Assembly (NCBI RefSeq): GCF_009914755.1
Contig: NC_060937.1
Strand: one strand, 5' to 3'
Source: the human T2T-CHM13v2.0 reference genome, Homo sapiens
DNA length: 64,000 nt
Made by a program: the position numbers and the translations under genes. The first letter of the stretch is position 1. Each line of letters opens with the position of its first letter. Below the pieces are notes generated by a model. It saw only the letters and a program-made list of their open reading frames with translations, ran no database searches and was not told where the DNA came from. Shown one piece after another: positions 1 through 14,396 of the stretch.

Positions 1-2151
1 TTCTCCTTGTATTTTACAAGAATATTATTAAAGCTGGTCCCTCATTCTAACTTCCAAATATAATAATTTATCTTGATAATAAAGGCCTCCTTTTTATACA
101 CATTGGCTAAAAGGCTGCCTTGTAAGCTTTTACCGAATCCAGAGTTTGAGTCATTTAAATTTATAGTCATATGCAAGACTTACTCTATGAACTAACTAGA
201 GGTGATTTGAAAACAAGTAGCGAAAGTTAACTGTGAGGTTGCTGTCAAACCCCTGTGAAAAGTTGGGTACTACGGTCTGAAGTCCACAGGCTCTGTCATC
301 TGGAGAACAGCTGGAGTGACCTCTTGCCAGGAGAAACCTGAGTGTGAGAATCTACATGAACATGTTCCCCCAGTCAACCCTGTGTTTGTGGAAACCATTG
401 CCTATAGAAAATGCTGCATCAGTGGTGTAGCTTTGGTCAATGTTGCAAAGCTTCTATCCACTGTGTTGAGGACAGTTCCCATCATTTTGCAGTGTTTTGA
501 CAAAAACATCAACAAAAAATGCTTTTACATGGTAGGCTGCATGATACACATTGATGAAAAATCAGGACAAATACAGTCCCAGCTGTCTGTATATTTTGAA
601 ATAGGGTGAGAGAAAAACCTTATATGTTTAGAGGCCTTTGGTCTTGCTCATGTTAACGCCTGTTTATTGGCCATTGTGCACACATCGCCTAAAGTGGATG
701 TAGTCTCAATAACTATTAAGCTTTGCCAACAGCCCATATTTATTTGGTGTGATATTTACTCTCTTCCCAAAGCTTATTTTAACATTTTCAGGAAGCTTGT
801 GCCATGTTTTCAAAAGGAAGTGATTAAACTGGTCTATTTGTACTTGCTTTAATCTAGTCTCATTTGCAATGGATACAGTTAAAATTGCATATTGAATTTT
901 GTCATGGGGATTTTATAATTTCAAAAATTCAAAGGACCTAAATATCTTCTATACTTAATTTCTTTGGTCATTTTTGTTAGCTAACTGATGGTGGGAAGAG
1001 TAAAATATAGCTCATAAACAAGCATATGTTTTGGAAGTGTGGGGTTCAAATGGTCATTAGAGAAACATTTTTGAATGTGGTCAAAATGAGCACTAGTATA
1101 AAATCAATGAGTTCTTAATAAATAATATTTTATTTTATCTATTCATGATTATAAATGCATAATTAGCCACTGCAAATGCTAATAGGCATGTATAAAGAGC
1201 TTTTAATTCCCTTTTCAAGTTAACAATTGAAACTGCTAGTGAAATCAAAGATCAGAAGATATATGGATGTATTGGCAGATCTATTCTACTCTATTAATGC
1301 CAAATGTCTGGATTGATTATAAATTCTTATGTCCTCAAAAGGTCTGTTAATACTTACTTCTAAAGATGAAACATACATGTAACTGTGTTTTATTTTCTTT
1401 ATTATTTTGAATTTTGTTTTTTATCTTTGAATTTCTACTTTATGAATTTTATGATTAATATGCATAGGTATAGAAGTTAAATTATATTGTATAATTTAAA
1501 AGTTCTCATGAAAGTGAAATAATTCCAGTAAGATACACTAAAATGTTCAAATTTATAATTCAGGATGAAATAAGAAATCATTATAATGGGTAATTTGGAA
1601 GAACATGAAATAGGTAATGCACTGATAATGAAAAAGATTTAAAAAAAGTTTGAGTAATCAAGAGCTAAGCTATATTGAAGATAAAATAAGTTTTTTTTTC
1701 TATTGACAGAGGATAATTTGCATATTGGAATCAAAAGAAAAAGTTCCCTGAAAAATCATGATTCTTATAGTAATGACTATAATTCTTATAATACTTTCGA
1801 TTTACATGACATTTCTAATTAAGATGACCTTCATGATACATATAAAACAGCATCTAGAATATATCAGCAATTATCGTATAATAAGCACTTAATAAATGTT
1901 AGGAATAGAAGGCTTTACCAATTCATTTTTTAGCAGGAAGTGAAATTCAACTCAATCCTTTTTTTAAGAAAAAATAGCAATAATTTTGTCTGCATCTGGG
2001 GAATCACAGGATATAGTTGCTTTATGCACTACTAGATCTATTGCCCTTTTGAATAAGTCATTAGTAAATCTGATTTTTCTCCACTTTTCAACTAGGTTCC
2101 TTTCACATCCACTAAAGTATATTATAGTCATATTGTTAGGGGTAGGTCTCC

Positions 2152-2910
2152 AAGTTACTGACGGTGAATCTGTAGGGGTCTGCAGAAACCTCAATTCATG
2201 CCTCCTCAGAAAAAATAATTCAATTGAAGGGAATAAGACAGAAAAAGAGACCAAGGCAAGTTTCAGAGCAGGAGTAGAAGTTTATTAAAAAACTTTAGAA
2301 CAGAAAAAAAAAAAAAGAAACTACACTTGGAAGAGACCCAAGTGGGCAACTTGATGGACAAGTGTGGCGTTTAACCTTGATTCTAGAACTATACATGCTT
2401 GCTCACCTCCAGTGGCTTGCTCCCCTTTCCCTTCATTTTTCCCTAAGGGCAAGCCACCCACATGCACAGTGCTCTCCTTACACTTGGGAGGTGAGCACGC
2501 ACAGTGCGTTTAGGAAGTTGTACACATGGCCATGTGAGGTTTTCTTCCCTTTTCTGGTGGAATGCCTCCAGAAGACCATACTCCGTCATTTTGTCTCTTA
2601 ATCTGCATGCCTGGGCTCACTCGCCCAATTCCTGAAATTTTATTGGAAGCAGATTCATTACTAATCTCAAGTATTTTTATCTGTTTGGAAAGTTGCCCCT
2701 ACCTGGTGCCTATAATCAATTAACACTTTAGTGTGACATGTGTGGACCATTAGAAAATGGCCTCTCCCTGGCACTGGCTGCCAAATTATTTTTAGTGAAG
2801 CAGTGTGATAACCGCAGAACCATCACCTGATGGTCACCTGACATTCGTGGTGGGTGGAGGAAGGGAGAGGCCTCTCCTGCCTCGCTCATGCCTGTCTAAC
2901 TACCTGTAAC
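2152..2910 (-). mobile_element. ERV1 solo LTR, MER50-like
   Basis: Minus strand begins gttacaggtagttagacaggcatgagcgaggcaggagagg. Contains gggtctgcagaaacctcaattc...gagaccaaggcaagtttcagagcaggag. Length ~760 bp fits the recalled MER50 consensus. Confidence 0.75.
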
Positions 2911-2918
2911 TACAATAT

Positions 2919-3340
2919 TGCATTAGGACATTCTCGCATGGCTATAAAGGCATACTTGAGACTGAGTAACATATAAAGAAAAGAGGTTTAATTGGCTCAC
3001 AGTTCTGCAGGCTGTACAGAAAGCATGGTGCTGGCATGTGCTTGGCTTCTGAGGAGCCCTGGGGGAGTTTTTATTGATGGCTGAAGGTGAATTAGGAGCA
3101 GGCACATCACAGGGCTTGAGTGAGAGCAAGTGGGTTGGGGGCAGGTGCAACACACTTTTAAACAACTAGATCTCATGCAAACTCACTTGCTATCCTGGGG
3201 ATAGCACCAAGGCGATAGTGCTAAATCATTCATGAGAAATCCATCCCCATGATCCAATCACCTCCTACCCAGCCCCACCTCTAACATTGGGGATTACATT
3301 TCAACATGAGATTTGGAGGGACAAATACCAAAATACATGA
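2919..3340 (-). mobile_element. MaLR solo LTR, MSTA-like
   Basis: aaagaaaagaggtttaattggctcacagttctgcaggctgtacag ... catgatccaatcacctcc ... ggattacatttcaacatgagatttgg; ~420 bp. Confidence 0.88.
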
Positions 3341-4705
3341 AATATGAATTTAAAAAGTGGAGGATTTGATTCAATGAACAACCACCCACAGCTTTGTTTA
3401 AAAGTATTTACAGAAAGAGTTGTTTTTGTAAAACAACATATTAAAATAGCATAAATTTAGGATATCTTTAAATAAAAGTTGATTAATTACTTTAAATAGG
3501 TAATATTGAGAGAATGAAAAGTCAGTATGCAGTGAACTAGAAGCAACAACTATATTACACTGAGGTATTCCCTAGAATAAAATACGAAGAATTAAAATAG
3601 AAATCACATTTTGCAAAAGTATATGGCCTAATTTTCTTTTAAGATGGGCTGAAATCTTCCTGGGGAGGGAATAGATCTGTGATTTTTATTGTTTTTGATT
3701 TGATGAGTTAGAGTTTATAGGAAAATAAGAGCAGTGTGAAGTTTTTTAAAGGAGGATCAGAAACTGAACATAAAAGAGAAGTACCAGGGAAGCATAGAAT
3801 TGTTAAGACATGGCATATCCGTTAGCATAATAAGGGGAATAAAGAGTAAAGAATGTTGTAGTTACTTTATTTGAATATAAATATGTTGTTTTTTGTGCCT
3901 GCTAAAGTGACAGAAAAATAATGAACAAAAATACATCAAGTACTGTGGCTTGTAAAACCTTTGTTAAATAAGATAGCCTTCCAAAATCCTCTACAATGCT
4001 ACTTTATTTCCCATGCCTACAAAAGGATCTTTGCTGTCTGTTACTGGGTTCAAAATGTTCCTTCTTCTTAGCATGATATTCTTAAATTAATATGTGATAA
4101 TTTATGTAAAACAATTTTAGTTTTTGCATAGGCATCAAGAGTGTTCATTTTCATAATATGAGATGATACATAATTTTTAAATCTTAAGCTTACTTATACA
4201 GTGGTCCTACAATGAAATTCTCCAGCTTCAAATTCATTCATAGCCGCACTTTTTCCTTGGATCTGAAATGTTCTGAAAGTAATTTAATTGTCTCTCTCCA
4301 CTACTTAGTGAATCATATTAGTGACTAAAGATCTCTGAATAAAGGTGAAAAAGGCACTCATAAGTACTGAGTCAACATGAGGAAAGTATTATGTCATTAT
4401 GATAATAACACAATATATTTGTACAGAGCTTTATAGTTTATGAGGTGCTTTTATGTGCTTTAAATCATTTGATCTGTAAAATAACTCTGAATAAGTAAGG
4501 GTATTTTTTATTACACATTACAGACATATCAGCCTAAAGTAGTGTAAGAATTTAGAGAAATTTGGTGGCTGGCAAGATGGCCAAATAGGAAGAGTTCCGG
4601 TCTGCGGATCCAGCGAGATCAACGCAGAAGGATGGCGATTTCTGCATTTCCAACCAAAGTATCTGGCTCATCTCATTGCGACTGGTTAGATAGTGGGAGT
4701 GAAAA

Positions 4706-5427
4706 AAAGAAAAGACCCATCAATGTGCTGTATTCAAGAGACACAAATCATGTGGAAAGACACACATAGGCTCAAAATAAAGGGATGGAGGAATATTTAC
4801 CAAGCAAATGGAAAGCAAAAAAAAGCAAGGGTGGAAATCTTAGTCTCTGATAAAACAAACTTTAAACAAAGATCATAAAAGACAAAGAAGGGCATTACAT
4901 ACTGGTAAAGGGATTAATGCAAAAAAAAGAGCTAACTCCTAAATATATATGCACCCAATACAGGATCACTCAGATTCAAATAAACAATGGGGAAATATTC
5001 CCTATTTAATAAATGGTGTTGGGAAAACTGGCTAGCCATAAATCAAGTTCTTAGAGACCAACAAAGAGACTTAGACTCCCGCACAATATTTGTGGGAGAC
5101 TTTAACATCCCACTGTCAATATTAGACAGATCAATGGAACAGAAAATTAACAAGGATATTCAGGACATGAACTTAGCTCTGGACCAAGCAGACCTAATAG
5201 ACATCTAAAGAACTCTCCACCCCATCGAGACCATCCTGGCTAACACGGTGAAACCCCGTCTCTACTAAAAATACAAAAAATTAGCCGGGCGTGGTAGCGG
5301 GCGCCTGTAGTCCCAGCTACTCGGGAGGCTGAGGCAGGAGAATGGCGTGAACCCCAGGGGGCGGAGCCTGCAGTGAGCCGAGATTGCGCCACTGCACTCC
5401 AGCCTGGGCGACAGCGAGACTCCGTCT

Positions 5428-5466
<39 letters not shown>

Positions 5467-8400
5467 AAAGAACTCTCCACCCCAAATCAACAGAATATAC
5501 CTTCTTCTCAACACCACATCGCATTTATTCTAAAATTGACCAGACAACTGGAAGTAAAATGCTCCTTAGCAAATGCAAAAGAACGGAAATCATAAGAAAC
5601 AGTCTCAGACCACAGTGCAATCAAACTAGAACTCAGAATTAAGAAACTCACTCAAAACCTCACAACTACATAGAAAATGAACAACCTGCTCCTGAATGAC
5701 AACTGGGTAAATAATGAAATTAAGGCAGAAATAAATAAGTTCTTTGAAACCAATGAGAACAAAGACAAAACATACCATAATCTCTGGGACACAGCAAAAA
5801 CAGTGTTTAGAGGGAAATTTATAGCACCAAATACCCACAGAAGAAAGTGGGAAAGATCTAAAATTGACACCCTAACATCACAATTAAAAGAACTACAGAA
5901 GCATCAGCAAACAAATTCAAAAGCTAGCAGAAGACAAGAAATAACTAACATCAGAGCAGAACTGAAGGAGATAGAGACAACACACAAAAACGCTTTAAAA
6001 ATTAGTGAATCCAGGAGCTGTTTTTTTTGAAAAGATTGACAAAATAGATAGACCGCTAGCCAGACTAATAAAGAAGAAAAGAGAGAAGAATCATATAGAC
6101 ACAATAAAAAATGATAAAAGGGATGTCACCATTGATCCCACAGAAATACAAACTACCATCAGAGAATACTATAAACACCTCCATGTAAATAAGCTAGATA
6201 ATCTAGAAGAAATGGATAAATTCCTGGACACATACACCCTCCCAAGACTAAACCAGGAAGAAGTCAAATCCCTGAATAGACCAATAACAAGTTCTGAAAT
6301 TGAGGTAGTATTTAACAGCCTACCAACCAAAAAAATCCCAGGACCAGATTGATTCACAGGCGAATTTTACCAGAGGTACAAAGAGGAGCTAGTACCATTC
6401 CTTCTGAAACTATTACAAACAATAGAAAAAGAGAGACTCCTCCCTAACTAATTTTAAGGCCAGCGTCATCCTGATACCAAAATCTGGCAGAGACACAACA
6501 AAAAAAGAAAATTTCAGGACAATACCCCTAATGAACATCAATGCAAAAATCCTCAATAAAATACTGGCAAACCAAATCCAGCAGCACATCAAAAAGCTGA
6601 GTCCACCACGATCAAGTCGGCTTCATCCCTGGGATGCAAGCCTGGTTCAACATATGCAAATCAATAAATGTAATCTATCACATAAACAGAGCTAATGACA
6701 GAAACCACATGATTATCTCAATAGATGAAGAAAAGGCCTTAGAAAAAATTCAACACTCCTTCATGCTAAAAACTGTCAATAAACTAGGTATTGATGGAGT
6801 GTATCTCAAAATAATATGAGCTATTTATGATAAACCCCACCACCAATATCATACTGAATAGGCTAAAGCTGGAAGCATTCCCTTTAAAAACTGGCACAAG
6901 ACAAGGATGCCCTCTCTCACCACTCCTATTCAACATAGTACTGGAAGTTCTGGCCAGGGCAATCAGGCAAGAGAAAGAAATAAATGGTATTCAAATAGGA
7001 AGAAAAGAAGTCAAATTGTCTCTGTTTGCAGATGACATTATTGTATATTTAGAAAACCCCATCATCTCAGCCCAAATTCTCCTTAAGCTGATAAGCAACT
7101 TCAGCAAAGTCTCAGGATACAAAATCAATGTGCAAAAATCACAACCATTCATATACACCAATAACAGACAAACAGAGAGCCAAATCATGAGTGAACTCCC
7201 ATTCACAATTGCTACAAAGAGAATAAAATACCTAGGAATACAACTTACAAGGGATATGAAGGACCTTTTCAAGGAGAACTACAAACCACTGCTCAAGGAA
7301 ATAAGAGAGGACACAAACAAATGGAAAAACATTCCATGCTCATGGATAGGAAGAATCAATATTGTGAAAATGGCCATACTGCCCAAAGTAATTTATAGAT
7401 TCAATGCTATCTTCATCAAGCTACCATTGATTTTCTTCACAGAATTAGAAAAAACTACTTTAAATTTCACATGGAACCAAAAAAAGCCCATATTGCCTAG
7501 TCAATTCTAAGCCAAAAGAACAAAGCTGGAGGCATCACGCTACCTGACTTCAAACTATACTACAGGCTACTGTAACCAAAACAGCATGGCAATGGTACTG
7601 AAACAGATATGTAGACCAATGGAACAGAACAGAGGCCCCAGAAATAACATCACATATCTACAACCCTCTGATCTTTGACAAATATGACATAAACAAGCAA
7701 TGGGGAAAGGATTCGCTACTTAATAAATGGTATTGGGAAAACTGAACCTGGACCCCTTCCTTACACCTTGTACAAAAATTAACTAACGATAGATTAAAGA
7801 CTTAAACATAAGACCTAAAACCATAAAAACCCGAGACGAAAACCTAGGCAATACCATTCAGGACATAGACATGGGCAAAGACTTCATGACTAAAACACAA
7901 AAACAATGGCAACAAAAGCCAAAATTGACAAATGGGATCTAATTAAATGAAAGAGTTTCTGCACAGCAAAAGAAACTATCATCAGAGTGAACAGGCAACC
8001 TACAGGATGGGAGAAAATTTTTGCAATCTATCCGTCTGACAAAGGGTTAATATCTACAAGGAACTTAAACAAATTTACAAGAAAAAAATAAACAACTCCA
8101 TCAAAAAGTGGGAAAAGGATATGAACAGAGAGTTCTCAAAAGAAGACATTTATGTGGCCAAAAAACATAAAAAAAAAGCTCATCATCCTTGGTCATTAGA
8201 GAAATGCAAACAAAACCACAATGAGATGCCATCTCACACCAGTTAGAATGGCAATCATTAAAAAGTCAGGAAACAACAGATCCTGGAGAGGATGTGGAGA
8301 AATAGGAACACTTTACACTGTTGGTGGGAGTGAAAATTAGTTCAACCATTGTGAAAGACAGTGTGGCGATTCCTCAAGGATCTAGAACCAGAAATATCAT

Positions 8401-8600
8401 TTGACCCAGCAATCCCATTACTGGGTGTATACCCAAAGATTATAAATCGTTCTACTATAAAGACACATGTACACGTATGTTTATTGCAGCATTTTTCATA
8501 ATAGCAGAGACTTGGAACCAACCCAAATGCCCATTGGTGATAGACTGGATAAAGAAAATGTGGCACATATACACCATGGAATACTATGTAGCCATAAACA
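4706..8600 (+). pseudogene. Disrupted L1 ORF2 (endonuclease/reverse transcriptase)
   Basis: Fragments DPSMCCIQET..HRLKIKGW (EN), GDFNIPLS, and 6827-7510 with [21 protein letters not shown] and LSLFADD (RT). Broken by stops, frameshifts and an Alu. 3' boundary approximate. Confidence 0.92.
5224..5466 (+). mobile_element. 5'-truncated young Alu, AluYe5-like, inside L1 ORF2
   Basis: Diagnostic gaaccccagggggcggagcctgcag and cgacagcgagactcc; 37-A tail; perfect 17-bp TSD aaagaactctccacccc (5207-5223 / 5467-5483). Confidence 0.9.
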
Positions 8601-9025
8601 AGGATGAGTTCATGTCCTTTGCAGGGACATAGATGAGGCTGGAAACCATCATTTTCAGCAAACTAATACAGGAACAGAAAACCAAACACTGCTTTTCTCA
8701 CTCATAAGTGGGAGCTGAACAATGAGAACACATGGACCCAGCGAGGGGAACATCCCACACTGGGGCCTGTTGCAGGGTGAGGGGCTAGGAGAGGGATAAC
8801 ATCAGGAGAAATACCTAATGTAGATGACGGGTTGATGGGTGCAGCAAACCACCCTGGCACATGTATACCTGTGTAACAAACCTGCACATTCTGCACATGT
8901 ATCCGAGAACTTAAAGTATATTAAAAAAAAGAATTTAGAAGAATTTATATAAAGGTCTTCATCTGATACTTTGAATGCTGTGGTCAGAAATGACTGAAGA
9001 ACATACAGACAGCAGCTAAAAAGTA

Positions 9026-9058
9026 CTCTCTCTATCTCTCTCTCTTTCTCTCTATCTG
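9026..9058. repeat. (CT)n microsatellite, imperfect
   Basis: ctctctctatctctctctctttctctctatct. Confidence 0.8.
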
Positions 9059-9825
9059 TACCCTGCTTTTTCCTATTCCTGTATTTGCTCTCATCCTCCT
9101 GCCCTCCTCTATTTCTACTTATTTTATTCATTCTAGTTTTACACATTTATCAGGTATGCAGTATAGAAAATGTCTCCACTGGTAGACTCAAAGCTTTATG
9201 TTTTGGGAACAGACAAAGAAAGACAGACTTCTCTTTCTCAATATCCTTTCGAAAATATTTTGTGAAGCATCCCCTAGACCAGCAGGAAGCTTCTGCAAAA
9301 ACCATTCAGATGAGTGGAAAATAGGGACAAGTCCATTTCACAGAGGGATAAATGAGTCTTATTCTCTAAGAATATCACAAGGTACATAAGAATATCAAAC
9401 CAAATTTATAAATAAGGAGCCAGGTAAGGCCCAGAGATCTTAATTTATTTTCAACACATTGTATAAAATTTTATCCAAAATATTTATATAAGACTATGTG
9501 ATTAAATTAATTTGGAATATTACATATCACATATAAACAGTTATTAAGTGATTGCAAAGTAGATGTATGTTATAATTTTTACAACTAACTTAAAGGACTT
9601 ACCTAGTCTTAGTTTTTAACTTATAGATAATTGAATGAATAGACAAATATATACATGTATATAACACTAGACATACACATATGTATGTATGTAAATATAT
9701 GTGTATATATACATATATATAATTTATAGTCATGCGTATATTTCTGTTTGTTATTTGCAACTCTAATGGAAACTAATATGTATTGATTAAAAGATCTAGA
9801 CTGATATATGTTGAATATGAAAACA

Positions 9826-9993
9826 ACTGGTTGTGGTGGCACAATGCTTTAGTCCTCACTACTTGGAAGACTGAGGTAGGAGTATTGCTTGAGTCCTGGA
9901 GTTTGAGACTACAGTGCACTATGATCAGGCTTGTGAATAGCCGTTCTGCTCCAGCTTGGGCAACACAGTGAGACTCTGTCACTAAAAAGAAAA
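9826..9993 (+). mobile_element. FAM (fossil Alu monomer)
   Basis: Single monomer with the 7SL-derived ctatgatc...tgtgaatagcc segment that dimeric Alus lack; short A-rich tail. Confidence 0.8.
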
Positions 9994-10110
9994 TAGGGAA
10001 TGGAAATTTATAACTTTAAAGTTAACAGTATACTATTTGGTTGTCTAAGTTGATCTGTATCCAAAAGAAAAAAACACCAAAATAAGCCAAATTAGCCATC
10101 ATGGTGGTAG

Positions 10111-10553
10111 TGTTACCTAAACACCAGGGGGTTAGTCTGGGTCCTGCTGCTCTCCACACAGAAAGCCAATCACTGACACAATGAGTATTGCCAAACAAGA
10201 AGGCTTTATTTGGTGCTGCAGCTGAGGAGATGGGAGATCAGTCTTAAATCCATCTCTTTAACTGATTAAATTAGGGGCTTAGAGCAGAAAAGAAAATGTA
10301 ACAATATATAGGAGAACAGGAATTCAGGAGGGGTAAGGAATTAATCATAATGAATACGGGGCCTGTCATCTCATTGTGTGTACACTATGATCTGGTGAAT
10401 TTCAGTTCTTTGATGCTTTTTGAGAGACCTGGGGATCCTTTGCTGAGGAAGGAACTCAGATAAAACAAATTTAAGTTCCAAGCTTAAGAACAGATTCTCA
10501 ATTTCTATATTTATCAAAAAAAAATGGTCTATGAGACTATTGGGTCAGTTTCA
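10111..10553 (-). mobile_element. ERV solo LTR, LTR47-like
   Basis: TG...CA termini; minus strand starts tgaaactgacccaatagtctcatagac; AATAAA on minus strand near 10206; ~440 bp. Confidence 0.65.
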
Positions 10554-11256
10554 TTAAGAGACTTACATACTCTAATAAAAGATGTAATCAGGTGTTCTTT
10601 GTTCTGAAGTAACTCTAATTTGCTACATAGTCAATATATTTTTGAATATTTCCTGTATGCCAGTCGCTTATCTACCTGCCTTCCAATTATTCACTCAAAT
10701 AACATCACATGGTAGTCTTTTTAGTGCTCAAACTTCTCTAAATTTTTGTAAGACAGTATGTTTCTAAATTTATTTCCCATTTAGTTAGTCTTAGAGCCTG
10801 TTGTTTTGGCTATCGAAAATATTACAGGTAGTAGAATATCAAATAGTCAAGTCTCCTGTCTTCCAAAAATATTTCTGGTATTTCTCAGATACAATATTTA
10901 ATACTCATAGTTATTCCATAACAATTAACCATATCTATAGTTGGAATACCTATAGGTAACATCATCTTGCAAATAACAATCATTCATGCAAAACTAATTT
11001 GTTGATTTGCTTTAAAAGTGCTACACTTCAAGTAAAGACCTACTTAGATAATACAATAATATTCATTTTATTTTTAATGTCATGTGTCATGTGGAGGGAA
11101 AAAACTTTTCACATTTTTTCAAATAATGCCTAGGCACTCTGCTGTATGAAGACACTTATTTGATAATTTTATCTGTTGTCATACTCCAGGTAGGGACACA
11201 GATGAACATACATGTACACCCACATATGCATTTTTTTTTGCTTTTCTCAAGTATAA

Positions 11257-11572
<316 letters not shown>

Positions 11573-11792
11573 TTTTACGACTTTTAATTAACTCATTTTC
11601 TTGTCAAGTTGTTTAAATAAATCTCATATTCGTAAAAGATTTTTCAGCTTGTAGAGAGAAGACAACTATCAGTGTATTTTACAGAAACAACCATTCTCTG
11701 TATGACTTTATATACAAATATGCAAATATTTGATGAAATAAAAGTTGCAGAATTAAAATGTTTAATAATGAATTAGAAGTAATCATATCATA

Positions 11793-12432
<640 letters not shown>

Positions 12433-12676
12433 CTACCACATTTTAGACTTCTTTCAAACAAAGCACTTAATAACAATTGTTTTAAAATAGAACACTGAGA
12501 TTATGGCAAGTAGAATTAAAGATGTATATTGATAAGTGACGGTTTGAGAAATGTATTTATTTTTATAATTTTGCTTAATGTCAACTGTATTCTATTTATG
12601 TAGGTAGAGCTCTCATCATACAGATCGTTGGAAAGTAGCATCCCGACAGTTCTGAGAGAAAAAAAGTGAGTATGCA

Positions 12677-12710
12677 TAAACACAAACACATACACACACA
12701 CACACGCACA
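12677..12710. repeat. (CA)n microsatellite, imperfect
   Basis: cacaaacacatacacacacacacacgcaca. Confidence 0.8.
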
Positions 12711-12847
12711 GTTTCTTTTTTGCCATTATTACGGGCTAGCTATTTACTTTGCATTGTCATTTTCTGACTTCTCTTGGACTTCTGAGCTTCAGATACCTGA
12801 TCAACATTGTGTAAAGGAGACAAGAAGAAAAGAAATTGATTTGTGCT

Positions 12848-13218
<371 letters not shown>

Positions 13219-13362
13219 TTAACTTTTAAAGAATCAATAGTTTAACAAATATCTCTTCATGAGGTTGGAAATGATAGATCAAAAAGCTTTGGCTTTTGAT
13301 ACAAACCATGATATACAACACCTCTTGAAAATTACTTTTGTAATCAAGACATGTAAACACCT

Positions 13363-13427
13363 GTCTCTCTCTCTTTCACTCCTTCTCGCTCACTCTCTCT
13401 CTCTCTCACACACACACAAACACACAA
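13363..13427. repeat. (CT)n(CA)n compound microsatellite
   Basis: ctctctctctctcacacacacacaaacacaca. Confidence 0.8.
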
Positions 13428-14396
13428 AGGTAAATGCAAATATAGTAACACATAAATTACTGGAATTTCACTTATTTGTTCCATACTCTTTTAGTTACTC
13501 CATAATATGGCTTTAAATACAATTAAGTGTATTTCCCTACTTTTTATTAAGTTCTTCTCATGTCCTTGTGTTAATGTGTGTCCTACCTCAAGATACTTGC
13601 TCTGCCAAAAAATAAGATATTTCAAGATAGAAAGTTTTGACCAACTTTTATAATGGAACCCAATACATGAAGAATTCTCTCTTTAAAAATGTTTTTTTTT
13701 CTACAAAGAATAGATTTATGTTTTATTGTTAGCAAAATTAGCAATCTATTATTAGCAAAATTAATGAAACTCCAGAAAACATACAGATCAGGTATTATTT
13801 GCTGGACCAATAATGACTGGAGTACTAAAGTGATCGGAGTGGAAGTTAGGTAGTAAATTAATTAATACCAGAGACTAAAACAAGGTATAAAAAACACAAT
13901 GACAGAAAGGAAACAGAGTTATCTTTTGCTGAACTTAGATGAAGATAATAAAAGTAAAAGTTTGTCCTAAGTGAAAACGTAAGTCAAGTCACAAGAAGAA
14001 ACCAAGAATAAAACTGCGTCATACATAAGATTAAATGCACAATTATACACAGAGTAAGAGAGCATAAATATTCCATGAGTAGTCCCAATAGCAATACCAG
14101 TTATAATAGTCAACAGAGTCTGGAAAATATTGTAGTAAAAACAATGAAAATGTATCAGTACTTCAAAAAAGAAAGTGAGATGTTTCTTCTCCATTGCAGG
14201 TATGCATGAAACTTTGTTTTTATCCTCTGCCTATTTTCTAATCTGACAGAGGTTCCACCTTCTGAAATCACACTCGTTAAAGCAGCAGGAGGAGAGGGCA
14301 TCAATTACTAGGAAATGTTGCTTAAATACTTCATATAATTTTCCCTCATATCCCTTTGGTCATAGTGACTCATATGGCCACTGCCAACATTAGTGA

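Larger units (their letters stand above)
4564..8928 (+). mobile_element. LINE-1, L1PA7-like: 5' terminus retained, large internal deletion (most of 5'UTR, ORF1, start of ORF2), intact 3'UTR
   Basis: 5' end ggtggctggcaagatggccaaatagg. ORF2 EN/RT peptides appear in the ORF track. 3'UTR tagatgacgggttgatgggtgcagcaaacc. TSD aagaatttagagaaattt (4546-4563) / aagaatttagaagaattt (8929-8946). Confidence 0.93.

Noticed and set aside
316-609. 97-aa ORF as a gene
   Set aside because: GTG start, no recognisable domain and no exon context.
4564-4720. Canonical spliced L1 (SpIRE)
   Set aside because: The sequence continues past the nt-97 donor region and the junction contains filler bases.
5240-5642. Alu-derived ORFs here and at 12939, 33846 and 48237
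   Set aside because: Standard Alu read-through peptides.
6827-7510. 227-aa reverse transcriptase ORF as a functional or novel RT system
   Set aside because: It is a fragment of a frameshifted L1 ORF2 in an element that lacks ORF1.
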